Shown: positions 1 through 11,648 of the stretch, in pieces
How the letters are laid out: the number at the start of each line of letters is the position of its first letter
Position numbering within the stretch: position 1 is the stretch's first letter
Assembly (NCBI GenBank): GCA_964199315.1
Contig: OZ116706.1
Coordinates: forward strand, 9,672,001 to 9,736,000
DNA length: 64,000 nucleotides
DNA from: Orbicella franksi
Taxonomy: Eukaryota
Direction: 5' to 3'
Notes under the pieces: model-generated
What the model was told of the DNA's origin: nothing
What the model saw: only the letters and a program-made list of their open reading frames with translations
The model's database searches: none
Program-made: the position numbers and the translations under genes

Positions 1-323
1 CTTGCTGTTTATATCACGGTGTTTGGATGAAACGTTATCACATTTCAAGTTTCAGAAGATGAGAGATTCCCATGCAAATTCCACTTTTTCAGAAGGCGCT
101 ACCATTTTTGAGATGCCCCATTGCATGCAGGGACCAACAGTTTTCAATCAGTATATTATTCATTCCAGCCATTTGCTTTCAGGGCTCCTTATCAAGTATA
201 AACTGGACAGTTTAAAAGTACTGTAGAGAGGAAAGTACGTGAACCAGGAATCGTATCACCTTCATGCAGTTTGAGATTCAGACCCAATTCAGGAAAGGTC
301 TGCGCTGCATTGTTTACAAATAC

Positions 324-3300
324 CTGATCTGTTGGAGTGTCCAGTGGTTCTATGGGACATAAGCTGTGATAGCTATCTACTTCTTGTGGTACAGCTGAGG
401 AAGTGATTCAAGACAAAATGAACTCCAGTTAATTTGCAGAAACATGTACAAGATAGCAGTTTTAAATCTCTCCAAGCCTACATGTACTCTCATAAACCAT
501 GTTAAGGACTTGTTAAAACTTATTTTCCTGGCTCGCTTTCAATCATGCTGACAAACTCTGAGAGTGTAATGTAGTGAGAGACTTAAGAGATTAGAGCTGC
601 TGTTTTAAACACAGGAGTGAGGAAGGGCCAAATGAACATGGTCGACTTCTTGCTTGAAAAAAATGGGGGTGGGTGTGTGTAGGAGGGGAGGGGAGGGGGA
701 AAGAGTGTATTTGGTAAGGGGGTTAAAAATTTATGTCCCTTAGGCCCTTCAGTACATGTATTTCTCTGGTCTGTCGGTTTCGCAGTTTTCGTTGTTCGTC
801 ACTCATGCTTGGGGCTTCATCACTCAAAGATCAACTTGTGACAAGTCTATCTGTTTTTAAGAATGCAAATATCCTTACTTTGATTATCTGGGTCCAGCTG
901 CGCCATACTCAGTGTATGTTGGTGGATAAGCTCCTAGGAAAAGAAAGAGCACGTACAATAAAAAGCACATTATATCTCAAAGTTATGTATAAATATTTAT
1001 AACTCATCATGACTGAACCTTTATACCTGTCGAATCTGAGCCGACATAGAGAACGCATTGTTACGTGTTTGACTGCTGTGGAGATGAGCAAGGTGAGAGG
1101 GTTCGGAAATGTATGCCTGGTACGAAGGAAACAGCTGGAAGAGAAAACATCATAGAAAATAAATAAATAGATGAATAAATAAATAAATAAATAAATATCA
1201 AATTACACATATAAATGCATGAAATTGAAAGGAGCCTCAATCTGGCATGGGGATCCAGTCGGCAATTGAAGAATCGCAGGTTTGTTTTGTTACTGGTATT
1301 TATCTACAGTTGTATTTGCATAAATTGTATCTTTCATTTACAAGTAAGGTCAATTTTCCTTTGAGGTTGAAAGGTAGACAATATAAGAAAAGGTGAGTCA
1401 CCTACAGGCAACCAGTTCTTAATATCTGGTCACCAATACTAGATTTTTGGTCACATTGGCGAACAGTGAGTCCTAATTTCAAAACCTGGGCCTGGATATT
1501 TTCTACAACACATTGCAAGTAGCTAAGACTAACTGAACATGAATCATAATGAGTGCTTTTTTCTTATCATGTGAACTTAAAACCTATTTTGCATTGCATA
1601 GCTTTACTCATGTACATGTTAAGAGTGGCTAAGAACTATTGATTCTGCTGAACATAGTAAATAAATTTATTGAATTATTGTACCGAGACAATTTGTTTAA
1701 TAATATGATGCGAAGCAATAAAAGGTGAATGCAGAGGACACTAAACTAATTTGTTTTCAATCTGTTAAACTGATGAAACTCTCACCACAGCAGGCTGTTG
1801 TTGTGCTTGTTGAGTGTAAAAGTAAGTTGTTCCACCAATAGATTCCATCTGCTGAGGAGCAGGGACCTGAGCTTGACTGTGCATTGGGACCTGGGGCAGA
1901 CTCTGATTCTAAGAAGTATGTGAAAGAACCAGACAATGAGTGTAGACCTAACACTAAACACTAAAGACTAAACATCGCAGTGACTACTATGCAGCTTGTC
2001 TTTGAACTAGCAAAAAAAAGCCTTTAGTTACATACAAAATATTACACAAAATGACTCCAGGGGCAATAATGTAATTAACAGACTCCATGTGAAGATAAAT
2101 GTTTAAGTAGCTGAAGTAAAAAAGACATGAAGTAGACATCAGTTCTGTAATTATAAACACATTCAACTGCATGGTTTGTCTTACATGTACATGTAAGTAT
2201 ACCTGTAAATCTTGTAAAAATTAATGTCTATTCGAGCTGAGAGAATTAAGCAGACATTTCTGGATGACAGGGCAAATTTTATATAGCTCTGAATTCTTCA
2301 TCAGTTGAGCAGATTTCCTAATATATAGATTTCGGCCAGCCTAAAAGCATAGCTCCTGGGCTGGGTTGTTCAGAGCCAAATTAAGCTAACCCAGGAAAAG
2401 GTAGAATTTTGATTAGAGTTTTGTAACTTTGCGTTGAGGTTTTCTGTATATTGTTTAGCCTTCTGTTTTGAGTTTTAATAATCACTATATACACAAAACA
2501 AAGCAGCCAAAAACATTTGTATAGAAGAAAAAGTTATAATTCGGTTAACTTTTAATCCTGGGTTAGCGTTAATCCTGCCCTGTTTTCAACAAGTTAACCT
2601 GGCATGAGCCTGCAATCCAATCGAAAAACCAGTACTTGGTCAGTGGTCAACTGTAAAAAAAACACTCGACCTCGATGAGCTTTAAACTTGAGCCCGCGAT
2701 ATGGTCACGTGATACTGGTCAGCGGATACCTTGTTTTGATAGGTGTCAATAGATCATAATTTGGATGTCCAATATCAAAGAAGTACACGGTAGACCAAGG
2801 CTGCATCTCTGTCAACCTATTACGCAACCTGTTGCGCGACTCTGTCGTCGTCATCGCCGTCGTGTGTACGCGTCCACGAGCAATACCGCTAGCCATGATA
2901 ACCATGAGAAAATCAACTCATGGGTTTCCTTTTCTTTCCTATATGAGTATGGGGCTCCGCTTGGCGGCCCTTCGGACCGCCAGAGCTCCACTATTAATTA
3001 ATGCTTTCTTTCTTGCTTAAATATAAATGAATCTGATGAAGGTAGTTTTTTACATGAATAATTTTTATTAATTGTGAAGAAAAGTGGGATTCATTAAGTT
3101 TTCAGCTGGAAGGTAACTAGTTTTCACAGGCAGGCAAAATGTTTTCAAGAACTGGACATCTTTATATGAAAGACTTTTGTTTAGATGGTCAAAGCAGGCG
3201 GGCAAAAGTGTCCTCACAGCTAATCAATTTGCCTGACGTCCGGTCCTTAATGAAAAAGCTGAAATCACTTTTTAAACACTTCAAACTAAATCACTCACTG

Positions 3301-6300
3301 CGGCCGATGGAAGAAATTCAAATGCTTGTGACGTGACTGGGTTGTGTTGTGGTTTTGGGGATCCAAGAGACGGTTTGTTGGGAGAATGTAAAGGAGACAC
3401 TGGTCCACCCGGAGCTAAGGATGATGCAAATGCCTTCTTTGAAGGTGAGAGAGGAGATGGATGCCCACCAAGAGATCCTGGAGGCATCTGTAAAACAAAG
3501 AAACAAAGGAATCCTTAAACATAGTGATACACATCGGAAGAAAACTCATGCCTAATACTTTGCTTTGACAAAGGGCTAAGGTTTGAAACATTACACAACG
3601 TAGCCTTTTGAATTTGCTTCCAAGAAGATTTATAAATCTTTATCAAACCAGTGATCAAGTGCTTCACTTGTCAGTCAAATCAGTAACAACAATAATTATT
3701 TCTTTTCATTTTTCTCATTTAATACCTAACAAGAGTTCTTGCCCAACAATATGTACATTGAAAATCAGTAGTAATGTACATGTATATTTGATTTTTGACC
3801 ATCCAATAGTTAGTCCTCATGTTACGTGTCACATGGCAGGGGTTTCATTAACATTTTCAGCAAGAGGGCAACTGGTTTTCACAGGCGGGCAAAACTTTTT
3901 AAACTGAACTTCTTTATAAGAAAAACTTTATTCTAGATGGTCAGACCAGGTGGGCAAAATCTTCCTCACAGCCGGTCAATTTGCCCGGTGCCTGGCAGTA
4001 GCAGATCCAGACTTTGAGCTGAGGGGGGGAGGGGTCCAGTTTTGTTTTACTTGCCCTGCCGGCTTTTCTTCCTTCAGTCATTTCTTCTTTTTTCACCCAA
4101 AATAAGGGGGGCCCGCTCCCCTAGATCCACCACTGCCTGGCCCTTAATAAAACTCCTGCCATGGTACACTGTAAGACCTCCAAAGCCAACACTTTCTGAT
4201 TGGATGATTGAGAAAACAAATTCAACAACATTTAAAATTGCCAAATAACACAATGGCAGTTCCTCACACAGTGAAAAGACTTAAAGAATTGAGGGAGTAG
4301 AAGAAGGGATTGTTAGTGGGGCCACTTGTAAAGAGGGATGGTGGGGGGTTCTGAAGGTTCAGGTATTCTTTATAGAGCAGAGCCACACCATACATACCTT
4401 ATTTGTGGATATTGATATCTGTGCCATATTACTGACATAGTTATCAGAAACAGTGGTATTACTCTTGAAACCTCCACCTCTGAGCCCTTTTGGCCCAAGG
4501 GGGCCATTATTGATGGGTGGGGCATTATTGATAGGAGGACCATTATTGATAGGTGGTCCATTGGCAGGTGAGGGGAACACTGGTGTGGATGAGCTCCGAT
4601 GAAATGAGTTCACACTGTTTGGAGCCCCAATAGTGAAGCTCTTATCTCCAGCTATGAGAAAGAAAAATAGGTAAGATTCATTGTAAGCTGATCTGCTGAC
4701 TGGGAGGGCAAGATATATGGGTTATTGACTAAGCGTGAGGTCAAGATGACTGAATATTGGCCAAGTTCTTTATATGTGTGGCTATGGACCGAGACGGAGC
4801 TGAGGTCCATGAACTTGTAAAAAAGAGCAAAGCCAATATCCAGTCGTCTTGAGCAAACAAGCTTGGTCAATAAATGAGTTATTATATCACTTTCGGGTAA
4901 ATATTTCTTGCGGGACACGACAGGTAGGCTCTTATAAGCAGGCAAGATAGCTCCATCTTGCCCACTCAGCTAGCCAATCGCAGTGTAAGATTTGGTTCAT
5001 CTTGCCCCCGCACAGAGCTAGCCATATATCAAAGAAAAATATTTAGCTTGAGGTCATGTTGCATATGCAGAATGTCCATGTTCACGAATGACAGAGAGCC
5101 ATATATTTTATCTATGTTATCACATATGTACAATCTAAGTATTAAGATTTATTTCAATTGTGGAAAGTTAAGCCTGGTTTTCACTAGCGATGCAAACACA
5201 AGCGCAAGGCCAAACACAAACGCAAGCAATAGGGATGACCAAAGTGAAAGCAAAATTTGATGCAAACACAAGCACAAGCAAAATCATCCGAGTGGTATTT
5301 TGTTTTCACTTGTTGCAGCACAAATGCAAGCATAAGCACAAGCACAAGAAAAGGAAAAATTTCAATTCTTGTGCTTGTGCTTGCACTTGTGCTTATGCTT
5401 GCATCAATGCCGTTTTCACAAATAAGAATTATTGAGTTTGCGCTTGTGCTTACGTCGTTAGTGAAAACCATGCTTTATGAATATGTCTTCAGATGGTGAA
5501 TACTATGAATTGTAAATTTCTAAATGAATTGTTGATGTGTGTGGGGCCAGATGGTGTTTGCTAGACTGCCTAGAGTCATATCTCTGTGAGTATAAGTACC
5601 TGGGATTTGATTTCACCCCGATCTACCTAACATTTGATTTTAGTTTTCTCATATAAAATTAGTTGTATTGTCAAACTAACTGAAAGCACTGCTCTTTACT
5701 GTAGGATACTTGGAAATTTTACGACTTAAATGTACATGTAAGTCATACACAGAATTTGTCCTTGCCTTCAACCACACCCACTCATTGTTTTGTCAAAACC
5801 TATCAACACTGAGCCTCTGTAAGGGTGTTTTCGACAAAATCAATACTATTGATCAAACAACAATCTAGGACACTGTAGTTATGATTTACAAAGAATTAAT
5901 CACTTTCAGTCAAAGTATTGACCTATGTTATGAGTATTAAATCTGTCAGACCCAGAAAAATTGAATATAGAAATTATTGTAATTAATAATAATGTTATTG
6001 CACAACATAATAATAGAAATGTTGGTGACAATTTCGTTGAAAAATCGACAATTTGATGAAAAAACTCAATGAAATCAAAGACATCAGGTATCTACATAAT
6101 TGCTCTACAGGATACAAATTAATGCATAATCATGTCGAAAATGTGTTAGTACATCGTTTATAGGGATAAATTTATACAACATTTTCAGACTGTATCATGC
6201 AAAAAAAGTAAATTGGTACTGTAGTTGTACTGTCTTGAGCTAATTAGCTGCATCATGCACATAAAGCATCTTGTTAAAACAAGCTTATGTTACATTATGC

Positions 6301-6887
6301 AAGTCTCTGTTCGGCCAATAACATTTGAATTGTTGGCTCTTTTCCTAAACAACCAGCTGCAAATACTGTGATAAACGGTTCATAAATTCCTTGTAGACTT
6401 GTTATTAATAATTATTATGATGCTACACTTTGCAATTCTTGTTTAAATATCAAACGACTACCTGTCTGTCTGTTTTATTGGTTTTTAATAGACATCTTGA
6501 AAGAAGGAGCGAATTTGTTTTCAATTTTGAATTTGCAAAACCGAACTCGATCCAATATTGGTTTTGTTGTTGAAACTACAGTAACTCCATTGAAATCTAC
6601 CGTTGACCCACAATGATTTAAAATTCATCCAATGACATTTCTAAATAACGTAAAAATATACGTGCATTAGAGTTAGGTACTAATATATGTACAGAGAAAA
6701 AAAGCAATAATTTTCGATCGTTGTTTGTATACCGTAAATACTAACCCGTGCGACCATCGTTGGAAGAAGGCTTCGCGTGAACAAACTGGCATTGATCGCC
6801 ATAAAAACAGTATCCATTCGTATTGTAGTACCGACATAGCATGGGCCTTGAAGGTCTGTAACCTGTCGCCGAGTTAGAATGATTCAT
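324..6887 (-). CDS. PAN3: PAN2-PAN3 deadenylase subunit PAN3, 5' part (7 coding exons; gene continues past the left edge)
   Basis: Phase-consistent GT-AG exons: 6746-6887, 4398-4651, 3299-3487, 1786-1908, 1027-1134, 879-933, 324-394. They encode a CCCH finger (CRYYNTNGYCFYGDQCQFVH), SPLHSP, a PAM2-like AFEFLP, ESIGGTTYFY, AFSMSAQIRQELIHQHTLSMAQLD and VPQEVDSYHSLCPIEP. These match PAN3 landmarks (ETVGGTTYFY, ELRQELINRH, EVDSYHSLFPLEP). The pseudokinase exons lie outside the window. Confidence 0.93.
2660..2995. mobile_element. Interspersed repeat ending in a GC stem-loop (possibly Helitron/Helentron-type non-autonomous element)
   Basis: CpG-rich block inside a CpG-poor PAN3 intron, ending in the stem-loop GGCGGCCC-TTC-GGACCGCC (2963-2981) near an AT-rich junction. 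Family assignment is inference. Confidence 0.35.
5171..5474. mobile_element. MITE with TIRs and TTA target duplication (PIF/Harbinger-like)
   Basis: Ends AGCCTGGTTTTCACTAGCGA and TCGTTAGTGAAAACCATGCT, TTA on both sides, internal inverted (GCACAA)n/(TTGTGC)n arrays. Confidence 0.7.
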
Positions 6888-8617
6888 TACTAGGCGATCG
6901 GCGCGTTTTCAAGAAATAAGTCGTTGCTAAAACATCGTAAATAAACGACCTTCAAATTACCGCCGCCATTTTTTTCTCTACTTCGCCTTGCGTTACTCTC
7001 ACAAACGTGTGCGCACGCACGTTGATTCTTGGTACTAGTCTTCCACGGTCTTCCACTTTGGGCGGGAACCTGCGGGAACCCATGTTGGGGGAGCCCGTAG
7101 AAACACATGGTAGAAAAAGAGGTAAACTTTTTCAACATGTATAAAGGTTTAAACGACGACGAAGTGCCATTTAAACATATACTTTCTACTCAAACTGAGC
7201 ATTTGAACTGGAGGAAAGTAAAGCCGAGAAAACAATGACCAGTTCCACAGTTTACAAAATCTGTCATGTCATGATGTATGGCACATCTTGAAAAATTAGC
7301 CTAAATTTCTCAGGTTTGTCATGCAGTACTGTAAACGCCGTGATGCGTCTACCAGAATTAGTGTTCCTATTTGTTTTACTAACGACTTTTAACACTAGTC
7401 AGTTTGTTATGGTTTCCCATTGTTCTTGAGCCCTGATTGGCGACTTCGGATCTGTGCTCCCTTCATGATCGTTTATCTCCAAAAGTTTTTAACTCAATAG
7501 CAGTCAAACGTATATGATGTGTAGAGCATCCGAACTTCTTTACTTTGGTGAGAACGCTAAAGTGACGTCACACATTTCAAAATGTCCGCATCTTGGATCC
7601 GTCATCTTGGCATGGATTTCAAAAGTATTTCAACTGAGTCTGAACAGGAAAAATATAACGATGGAAGAAATGTAAAGAGTTTGAAAATGAAAATGTCATA
7701 AAATCCGAATCCATACTAAAACGTCAAATTAGGGTGAACATTTTGAAATATGGCTGCCATGATAACGACAGCCGGAGTTTGACAACTATTCTTGATCTTG
7801 GATTGTACTGTCACGCAATAAAAAGATAAGTCTGTACGTTTTCCTACACTTCAGATACAGTGTATTCGTAATTTACAGAGCCTAGTATGGAGCCGCCATG
7901 TTGTTTTACCTCCGTGGTACATCAATACGGCGGCCGGACAATATTTTAAACATCCGAAACTTACTTTGGCTATCTAGGCGACTGATTATCTGTACTGAAC
8001 AAACAAGCATTTACGTGAGCACTTTTCCTACTACTTTAACTTCTGGACAAGCTCACGAGATAAGAATATATTTTTCAACAAACGTATTCGTAGCATCACA
8101 CACCGCCATAACTGATAACTCTGAAATTCAAAATTCATCTCCTCTTATGCCTGATGAGGATAAAAACTTTGGTGGCCCTTTAGTTTAGGATTTTAGAAAA
8201 AGATGACGTCAGGTGCAAGCGAAGAATAGCATGTATGCTGTTTTCGGTAATCAGCGCAGAGACTTTGTGCTCTCTAACGTCTGTTGTTCGCCTTAGTAAA
8301 CTTTAGTTTTGAATCTTTACAAAAGCAGAGACCGATACGACGTAGGATGATTTTAAAATTAAAATCAATTTTTGAAGGTGACTTTGTACATCAATTAAGG
8401 AAAAAAATCAAAATACCGTGAACTGGGCTCCTTTAATTAATGTATGCACATCCAAGGGGTCAGAGGGGTCGAACTGGCTGGTTGGTTGCTAAAAATAAGA
8501 CCATTGTCATAAGATTTATCACTCAGTATATAATTTCTCGGAATAGCAAACACAATACAACAAACAGATGTGCTTGGTCGATTTCGTTATCGTTTTCGTA
8601 TAATCTTCCAGTTTTCG

Positions 8618-9481
8618 ATGGCGTCTTTCTTGACAGACCTCAAAGAACGCACAACTTGCCCGATTTGTAAGGGCACATACACCAACCCGAAGCTCATTGT
8701 GTGTCTCCATACGTTCTGTTGTGAGTGCTTGGAGAAACACGCAGCAGCCAGCCAAAGAAGAGGAAAGTTTCACTGCCCCGAGTGCGAGTGTGAAATTGCC
8801 GTCCCTGAAGGAAATCGTTTTGATCATTTGCCGACCAGCGCTCTCCACAACAATTTGCTGAGTCTTTCCGCTGTTCTACAAAGCGGCGATGGAAGTGAAG
8901 TCGTCTGTGGCAATTGCAAGAAAACGAGCGCCGAGACCAGCTATTGTTTTGATTGTGTGAGATTTATGTGCCCTGTTTGTTTGAACGCACACGAACGACT
9001 AAGAAGTTTTGCGTTTGAAGGACACAAAGTCACGTCATTGAAGCAATTTGGAGAAGACGACTACGATGCTTTTCTAAGGCGGAATTCCTTTTGCTCTGAG
9101 CGGAATCACGAGGAAGAAGTAGCGAATTTTTACTGCCTTGACTGCCAGCGTTGTATTTGTCGAACTTGCATAAACACGAATCACAACAACCATCATGTGG
9201 ATCTGCTTGAAAGGGTAGCTGACAAAGAGAGAGCCAAAATCATGGCGGGAGTCGAGTTGCTGAAGGAAAAGAAAAAAGCTTATCTGGATATGATACGTGA
9301 CCTCGAGGAACAAGCTGCTGAGATCGAAGCTAAGTTTGCCGCCGCTAAACTAGAAGTTTCCCAAGCAGCCGATGAAATGATCGCAGAGGTTCGTGCCCGC
9401 GAGCGTGAAGCCATTAGCGCCCTCGATGCCTTCGAGAATTCTCGCGATAAACTGAACTCTTCAAAGAAACGCAGTCCTTGA
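8618..9481 (+). CDS. Intronless TRIM (RBCC) E3 ligase-like ORF: RING, B-box1, B-box2, coiled coil; truncated by frameshift (possible pseudogene)
   Basis: C3HC4 RING (CPIC...CLHTFCCEC...CPEC), B-box1 (CGNC...CFDC...CPVCLNAH...H), B-box2 (CSERNH...CLDCQRCICRTC...HNNH), then a helical charged segment. Coiled-coil-like sequence continues in other frames after about 9470 (QSLTKRINQAVEF; QRFQDLN). No filamin or NHL domain follows. Confidence 0.85.
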   Translation: MASFLTDLKERTTCPICKGTYTNPKLIVCLHTFCCECLEKHAAASQRRGKFHCPECECEIAVPEGNRFDHLPTSALHNNLLSLSAVLQSGDGSEVVCGNCKKTSAETSYCFDCVRFMCPVCLNAHERLRSFAFEGHKVTSLKQFGEDDYDAFLRRNSFCSERNHEEEVANFYCLDCQRCICRTCINTNHNNHHVDLLERVADKERAKIMAGVELLKEKKKAYLDMIRDLEEQAAEIEAKFAAAKLEVSQAADEMIAEVRAREREAISALDAFENSRDKLNSSKKRSP

Positions 9482-10057
9482 CCAAACGAATCAACCAAGC
9501 AGTCGAATTTGTTCATAAACGGGTTTATTGGGAAGCTCAAGAACAATAAAGCAGCAGGAATTTGGAACATGCAGCGATTTCAGGATCTTAACTGAAAAAG
9601 CAGGGGGAGGGGTAGGTGAGGGAAAGAGGAAAAAAGGTGAAACACATCGAAGGGCTCTGTATTAAAACGCAATTGGTGTATATCTCGGGGCTGATTAACT
9701 TTTTAAACCACAATCGCGCATTTCACCTGAACTTTTGCAAATTTAAGGGTAGTCATGAAAACGCCACTAACTAAAACATAAACTAACCGCTTTGCAAGTT
9801 TCTCGGTCCAGACCTTGTCGTCCACACACCCGAAATCCGATCTTAACAGTCTTAACCGCATCAGTTCGTTCATTAACTTGTAAAGGTAGTCCCTTTGTAG
9901 TACGCAGTCCACCTTGGTTTTACCAGCAGCAATATAAGCATGCGTAAAGTTAAATGTTTCCTTTTATAGTGACCCAAAACTTTACTGAGAACCAAAGTTA
10001 CAAGTCTCCCTTTGTCATCTTGCTGAGAAGGACAGAAATGGAGCGAGATTCGTCTCC

Positions 10058-10242
10058 TTCGATTTTTTTATCTTGTATTTTCGATTTTGTGTCTTGTATT
10101 TTCGATCTTTTGTCTTGTATTTTCGAGTTTTACTCTTCTATATTCGAGTTTTTATCTTATACATTCGAGTTTTTGTCCTGTATATGCTTTCGAGTTTTTA
10201 TCCTGTATTTTCAAGCTTTTATCTTGTATTCAGTATCTTGTA
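10058..10242. repeat. Degenerate ~21-bp tandem repeat (TTCGAGTTTTTATCTTGTATT-like), about 8 copies
   Basis: Periodicity visible directly. It explains the overlapping F/C/I-rich ORFs at 9954-10401. Confidence 0.85.
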
Positions 10243-10449
10243 TATATCTATATATTGTTAATATCTATATGTTTTAACCAATTTACCCTACGAGCAGAGG
10301 CGGTTCGATTGGTTCGTAAAGTCGGGAAGAGGTCACCTTCCTCTTTCCCCACTTACCAGGAACTGATCGAAGCGACTGTGCTCACTCACAGGGTAAACTA
10401 ATTTAAGCATTTTATTAGAATAAAACGTAAGCATTTGTTGACAAAGGAC

Positions 10450-11262
10450 TGCAATTTGTTGGAGGTTGCTTTTGTTACTCTCCATGTCTCTGACCCGTGC
10501 ATACAAGAGGACGGATTTCACGTTGTTGTTTAACATCCGTAGTTTCGTCTTTCTGGATATCGTTTTAGACTCAGAATTGTGAAAGCAGTTCTCGCTTTCC
10601 AGATCCTCAGTTGGATGTCCCGATCACACCCGCCATCCATATTGATGTTGCTGCCAAGGTAGGCAGTCTTCCACTTCGCCGATTTCTAGCTTCCCTATCC
10701 AGTCTTAGCCCGTCTAAATTTGTGGTGTTAATCCTCATCCCCTTTGTCTCCCCTTTGTAAACGAGAGAGTTCTACTCGAGCGACTGCTCCAAGATGATCC
10801 TCAAGGTGGCAATGTGATCTGTACACGACCTTTCCTACCAAAACCCAGCCTGCTCATCCCGCAGTCGTCTGTCCACTACTACTTTCAGTCTCTCCAGGAT
10901 TATTCTGTTCAACACTGACTTTTCGGCAGCTGATAACAGCATGATGCCTCTCCAAGTCTTACATTCCCTTAAGTCTCCCTTCTTTGGTAGTTTGATCAGG
11001 TAGCCTTCTTTCCTGTCATCCGTAGAGCATCAGCTCGTAGAGCATCTCTGTCGAGGTCCTGGATGGCTTCTGGTGGTATGTCATCGGGTCCTGCAGCTTT
11101 GCCATTTTTCAGATGCTGGATGGCTCTCCTGATCTCTGCTTTACTTGGCCTGTTCTCATTGACCTGTAAAGATTTGTTGGCTGCTTCTATATCAGGCATC
11201 TCGCTTGGTGGAGGTCTATCGAGCAGCGTTCTTAAGTGTTCTGCCCACCTCCTTCTTCTTCT
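10450..11262 (-). mobile_element. Decayed, internally deleted RTE-clade LINE (reverse transcriptase region)
   Basis: Minus-strand peptides RWAEHL, LKNGKAAGPDDIPPEAI, WKEGYLIKLPKKGDLREC, LRDEQAGF, RSCTDHIATLRIILEQSLE and NNNVKSVLLY, with stops and frameshifts. The RT core between NSLVY and MRINTT is missing. Confidence 0.88.
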
Positions 11263-11311
11263 TGAATTAAAGCCTAATAACTGAGCCTTGCCTGAGCCGT
11301 GATATTCCTTA

Positions 11312-11648
11312 GGCCCAGTTCAGACGTCGTGCTTCTGCCTTGCCGAACTTAATTTCAATTAGGTTCGACTGTACAACGGCAAAAACACGACTCTGATTCA
11401 GCCGTCGTGCCAGAGTCGTACCAAATTCAGTACTTACTGAGGCCACGTCAGCTCCCCGCGAAAGCGCAATTCTCCAAAATACATTAACATAATTTATGAA
11501 TTTTGTCTGGCGCGGCAGAAGCCCTACCAGAGCCGCGTGTGGCACGGCAGAGCTTGTCCAAATTAATTGCTTATCGATCGCAGGCCGTGCTTCTGCCGTG
11601 CTTTTGTATTTAGTCGGCACGGCAGAAGCACGACGTCTGAACTGGGCC
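11312..11648. mobile_element. MITE with 28-bp perfect TIRs (PIF/Harbinger-like)
   Basis: GGCCCAGTTCAGACGTCGTGCTTCTGCC and its exact reverse complement; flanks TTA and TTG. It explains ORFs 11309-11743 and 11496-11678. Confidence 0.85.

Noticed and set aside
10058-10242. Regular short repeats resembling a CRISPR array
   Set aside because: Head-to-tail degenerate tandem units with no unique spacers, no cas genes, and a eukaryotic context.
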